DNA of 64,000 bases from assembly GCF_018350175.1 (NCBI RefSeq), contig NC_058368.1, positions 153,328,001-153,392,000 of the forward strand, read 5' to 3'. The translations under genes and the position numbers were made by a program. This document shows, piece after piece, positions 62,732-64,000 of the stretch; within the stretch, counting starts at the first letter, position 1; each line of letters opens with the position of its first letter. The notes beneath the pieces were generated by a model, which had not been told where the DNA came from, ran no database searches, and worked only from the letters and a program-made list of their open reading frames with translations. Source of the DNA: Felis catus. Taxonomy: Eukaryota.

Positions 62732-64000
62732 CTATAAAAAGAAAAGTGAAAAAAAAATAGTTATTTGATAAGGTCTAGTAAAAATGCAGCTAATGACTAA
62801 CATTTTGAGTACCACTGAGGAATTTAATCAGAAAGAACATACGCAGCATTTAAGGGAAGAAAGGATACTAGTATTATCTATAAAGTGTCTTAGATTTAAT
62901 TACTAGGTTAATAATAAAATTTATAAAGGTATGCCCAAATAGTTCTCTTTTCCAAAAGGTAATGGTGAAATTTTATCAGAGAATGGGGTTTTACTCTGCA
63001 CTTAGTAGGAACGAAGACTCAAATACACAATGGAAAACATCTTCATAGCAATGATCTCCTTTTATGAAGTATCCCTTTTATCCTTTTACAAAAAAGTCAA
63101 CTCCTCTCTTTTCTAGGCTTTGAGAAGAATGCAGTTGTGTAAAACCCCAGAGGGCCTAGAAAAACAGTGTGTATCAAGAAATAATGCTGAACCCAAAATG
63201 CTCTACAGTCTTCCCACCTTCTCTATTTCTACAGTGACTTTCATATGCACATACATTTAAGCAACGTGAGTATATTTCAGCTGTTTCTCAGCTAGAAAGA
63301 GAATTGACATAGGAAGGCAAATAGCTGCCTTTAATACGTTCCTTTTTGTGAGACATCGTTTGGGCAACACCCATTTTTACTTGTATTTAAATGTGGCACA
63401 GTCCAAAGTGCCTCAGAAACTTTAGGTAAAACACATTTTTAGAGGAAAAAAAGCATCTACCTTTTAATGACTTAAAAGAGACAAAAAAAAAAATCACTGT
63501 AATACAATCTAGAACTCCTCCCCCCATGCGGCTATTAAATCACACTTTGAACCAATTTAGGGTTTTAAAAGTTTTTAAATTCCCTTAATTATCTTAGTTC
63601 ACTTTAAAAGAAGGAAGTAGAATTTTACTACAAATTGCTTAGATTGTCATTCTTTTAAAATGCCTGTTGTACAGCCAGAAGGCCTCAGATCAAATCAGTA
63701 GTGACTGACTTAAGACAGAAACATCAGTGTAGAAATGTAATAAAATCTGTAAGTGGGAGAACATTTTTAACATTGTAAGGGAAATTTTATGAAATAGAAT
63801 AGTAGGATAGAAAACCATAAGAATTTACAAAAACAAATTCTAAATATTCTACATTTCAATGAGTAAAGTGGATCTCCTATTAACCACATTCAAAGGAAAA
63901 CACACTCTTCTGGCAATGATGTTAAGGGAGAAAAGGAGCAATTTCTTGCAGAGTGAAACAATCCCATTATGTCTTATTTGAGAGTAATAATACATAGTAA
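62732..64000 (-). other. Last intron (3' part) of the minus-strand gene
   Basis: Polypyrimidine tract plus AG at 62732-62760; no further exon recognised up to the window end. Confidence 0.7.

Noticed and set aside
1..64000. Scattered TGA(C/G)TCA AP-1 sites
   Set aside because: About one per 8 kb is expected by chance, so only sites within motif clusters were reported.

Overview
This is mammalian genomic DNA, almost certainly from a felid: it carries about 50 tRNA-derived carnivore SINEs of SINEC_Fc type and carnivore L1 3' ends. About 59 kb is intergenic and repeat-rich, with CAN-SINEs, MIR, L2, L1, ERV1/ERVL/MaLR solo LTRs and MER5, MER20, MER82, Tigger1 and Tc2-type DNA transposon fossils. 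The only gene I can support is the terminal exon of a minus-strand gene at about 59965-62731. It has a strong splice acceptor, a short coding tail, a repeat-free 3'UTR of about 2.7 kb with many miRNA seed matches and several poly(A) signals. I cannot name that gene. Most ORFs in the supplied track are SINE-derived or chance frames. I see no support for a novel multi-gene system. The best leads are a probable L1 3' transduction, repeated re-use of one SINE target site, nested and inverted SINE pairs, a possible decayed coding frame near 6.6-7.2 kb and several candidate enhancers. Repeat family names come from my recollection of consensus sequences, boundaries are approximate, and both need RepeatMasker/Dfam confirmation.
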